Origin: Octopus bimaculoides
Lineage: Eukaryota
Assembly (NCBI RefSeq): GCF_001194135.2
Contig: NC_068982.1
Span: 51,584,987 to 51,648,986 of the forward strand
Direction: 5' to 3'
Length of the DNA stretch: 64,000 nucleotides
A program made the position numbers and the translations under genes. The notes beneath the pieces were generated by a model that saw only the letters and a list, made by a program, of their open reading frames with translations, had not been told where the DNA came from and did not search any database. Every line of letters begins with the position of its first letter. The stretch's first letter is position 1. Below are positions 61,309-64,000 of this stretch, piece after piece.

Positions 61309-61539
61309 TTGATTTACCAGTCACTAAATGAGCTGACAGATTAAGTCATTGATCGACCAACCAGGTGATGGATTAAGTTCATGATCCACCAACTGACTTG
61401 ATGGATTAAGTCAACTGACCACTAATGCTAGATGCACTGTACTCCTCCACCCCAAAAAAAAGCCCATATCTGGAAAACCTTTGATCAGAATTGACCTGGG
61501 GCTAAACAAAAGAATGAGAAGCTGAGAGAAAAATCTTTT

Positions 61540-61880
61540 ATTTTTTCTATTTTTAGTCATTGGACTGCAGCCTTAGAAGGTTTTAGTCAAATAAATCAGC
61601 CTCTGTACTCATTTTTAAGTCTGTTATATATTCTGTTGGTCTCTTTTGCCAAATTGCTAAGTTGCAGTGACATAAACAAACCAGTACCAGTTGGCAAGTG
61701 GTCACGCACACACACCTGTCAGGCAGGCTTCTACACAGTTTCCATCTACCAAATTCGCACACAGGGCATTTGGCTACCCTGGAGCTAAACTAGAAGATAC
61801 TTTCCCAAGATGCCATACAGTGGAGCAGAAACCCAAACCACGAGGTTGTGAAGCAAACTTCTCTCCCAAAATATATAGCT
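61540..61880 (-). mobile_element. Old dominant-family SINE
   Basis: Degenerate reverse module order (ggtctcttttgccaaattgctaagtt, tttccatctaccaaattc). Confidence 0.7.
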
Positions 61881-62999
61881 GTGCACCTCTGTTAAAACTC
61901 TATATATGGTTTTCATGATGTATACTGATAACTGAAAATGGTATTTCACTGCTTTTGTCTTATGCCTACAACCTTTACTGGAGATGGCACAGTATCATTA
62001 CTCTCCCCCCAAAACACAACTTTGATTCATAATTCATACTCATTCCTTTTCAGCAGATTGCTGGAGCCGCACACTTTCCAACATTAATTAAATATTTAAA
62101 AATTGTTCCTATATTCAAATATAACAAGGATTAATTCAACAACTACCAAATTGCATACATCCAACATTTTAAAGCATTTTAGCTTGGTAAGTGAGAAGCT
62201 TATTGCCAGATGTGACAAGAGCATGGTTCCATGATGGGCTTCATAAGCACCCTATTTACTTGCAGATTCTTCCACAGTTTCTGACTTTCACTTGGACTAC
62301 TTTTAGAGATTTAGCAGCACCCTAAAGGTCTAGTTTCTCCCCCCCCCCCCCCCACACACACACACACCACCACCACCAGTTCTGAAGTCCTGCAAAGGTC
62401 ATGAGTGTTACCCTTTCTCTTGTTTACTAAATCATAAACAGTTTAACTTCGCCTGAATTTCTGAGATCTTGAATTACATTGTTATACATGGATTATTTGA
62501 ACCAGTGTCCTACAGAACTATGGGATAGTCAATTAAGTGTTAAGCATATTACTGAAGGTGCATGGCCTAGTAGTTAAGGTGTTGAAATCTTGATTGTATG
62601 GTTGCGGTTTTGATTCTTAAACTGGGTAGCACATTGAGTTCTTGAGAAGAATAAATCATTTCACTTTGCTGTGGTTGATTCAGTTGACAATAGATACAAG
62701 CAATAGCTGGAGGTTAGCTCTGTGATCAACTGGCATCTCATTCAGGTGTAAGCATTGTACTTGTGGTTGCTTATACACCATGGAAGCCAGAATAAAAAGA
62801 ACACAGCTTAATAAGGCCATAGGCTTATCGTAGACTTTAGAGTTAAGTCAAGTAGATTAGTTAGTGGACATGCGTTGAATTTCTACATTAGCCAAACAAT
62901 ACATACTCTGGTTCAGGCAGAATGAGCAAATGGTGTCACAAGTTGAAGAACACCTCTGGTATAAACAACAGAATGAGAACAATCTATTCTCATGAATTT

Positions 63000-63860
63000 A
63001 TTTCAGAATATAACAAAATATGACTGGTATGGGAAGAAGGTTGAAAGATTATACCAGCCAGAATATGAGTGTTAGTTTTTTTAACCAGGTATGTCTTATG
63101 CTGTTATCAATCTATGGCTACAAGAAAGCTCATTATCCTCTACTTTATTGATAAAAATCTTATACAAGGGAATCCTGCAGTATTTGTAGACCTTGAACTA
63201 TGTTTTGATACCATAGATTACCAAATGCTGACATCAATATAACAACACTATACAAGGCATAGTGATGGCACTCCGTCGCTTACGACATCAAGGGTTCCAG
63301 TTGATCCGATCAACGGAACAGCCTGCTCATGAAATTAACGTGCAAGTGGCTGAGCACTCCACAGACACGTGTACCCTTAACGTACTTCTCGGGGATATTC
63401 AGCGTGACACAGTGTGACAAGGCTGGCCCTTTGAAATACAGGTACAACAGAAACAAGAAGAAAGAGCGAGAGAAGGTTGTGGTGAAAGAGTACAGCAGGG
63501 TTCGCCACCATCCCCTGCCGGAGCCTCGTGGAACTTTAGGTGTTTTCGCTCAATAAACACTCACAACGCCCGGTCTGGGAATCGAAACCGCGATCCTATG
63601 ACCGTGAGTCCACTGCCCTAACCACAGGGCCATTGCACCTCCACACAAGTCATAATATAAAAGTGGTTACTGTACATATAGGTTACTGTATTTAGTGCTT
63701 GTTAACTTCAGATGTCTTGAAACTAGTGCAGCTCCTGGTTTCCTCCTAATTCAATACTTGGGTCACTACTATTCATAATCTACAAAATACGATGTGCATG
63801 CAAGCAACCATAAATTTAGATTTACATTACTTTTATGGACAATTCAACCTTCCTCATCAG
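63000..63860 (+). pseudogene. CR1-group LINE reverse transcriptase relic, split by a SINE
   Basis: IYGYKKAH (cf. QYGFR), AVFVDLELCFDTIDYQML (cf. FVDLxKAFDTVDH), and after the SINE FPPNSILGSLLFIIY (cf. GVPQGSILGPLLFLIY). Confidence 0.7.
63263..63643 (-). mobile_element. Young tRNA-derived SINE, fourth family
   Basis: Minus head tggaggtgcaatggccctgtggttagggcagtggactcacggtcataggatcgcggtttcgattccc with A- and B-box-like motifs; CpG-rich; probable target duplication tacaaggcata / cacaagtcata. Confidence 0.88.
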
Positions 63861-64000
63861 TGAAAGTGACGTTAAAACATGTTTTAGAAAACTAAGCAGA
63901 CTGTTTTAATTCCAATAGACAAGCCTTAAACACTGTGCAAACAAATGTTGCTTACTTAACTTGGGTGCTGTGGTACTATTGATAACACTATCCGCACACT

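Noticed and set aside
61335-61420. Regularly spaced repeats as a possible CRISPR array
   Set aside because: Eukaryotic context, only three short degenerate cores, spacers similar to each other, no cas genes.
63570-63643. tRNA-like sequence (also the heads of the other SINEs)
   Set aside because: A/B-box-like motifs continue into SINE bodies without a closing acceptor stem; these are SINE heads, not tRNA genes.

Overview
AT-rich (roughly one-third GC by eye), repeat-dense animal genomic DNA from a gapped short-read assembly. The SINE and RTE families look like those of octopus; this is recognition from memory, not a database hit. I find no host protein-coding gene, rRNA, true tRNA or CRISPR array that I can support. 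Every recognisable protein-like segment is transposon-derived: young and old RTE LINE pieces, a Rex3/Expander-like relic, a CR1-group RT relic, a near full-length Tc1 element with DD36E spacing, and mariner fragments. Around these are many tRNA-derived SINEs, hAT-type and piggyBac-type MITEs and microsatellites. Long T runs outnumber A runs on the + strand and CpG is scarce in old sequence, which suggests the window lies inside very long intron(s) of a + strand gene. Most interesting: an 86-bp fold-back hairpin at the 5' truncation of an RTE insertion (36894-37074), the DD36E (Incomer-like) transposon (40942-42256), and a candidate recursive splice site/RS-exon (31129-31178). I do not see a clearly new multi-gene system here.
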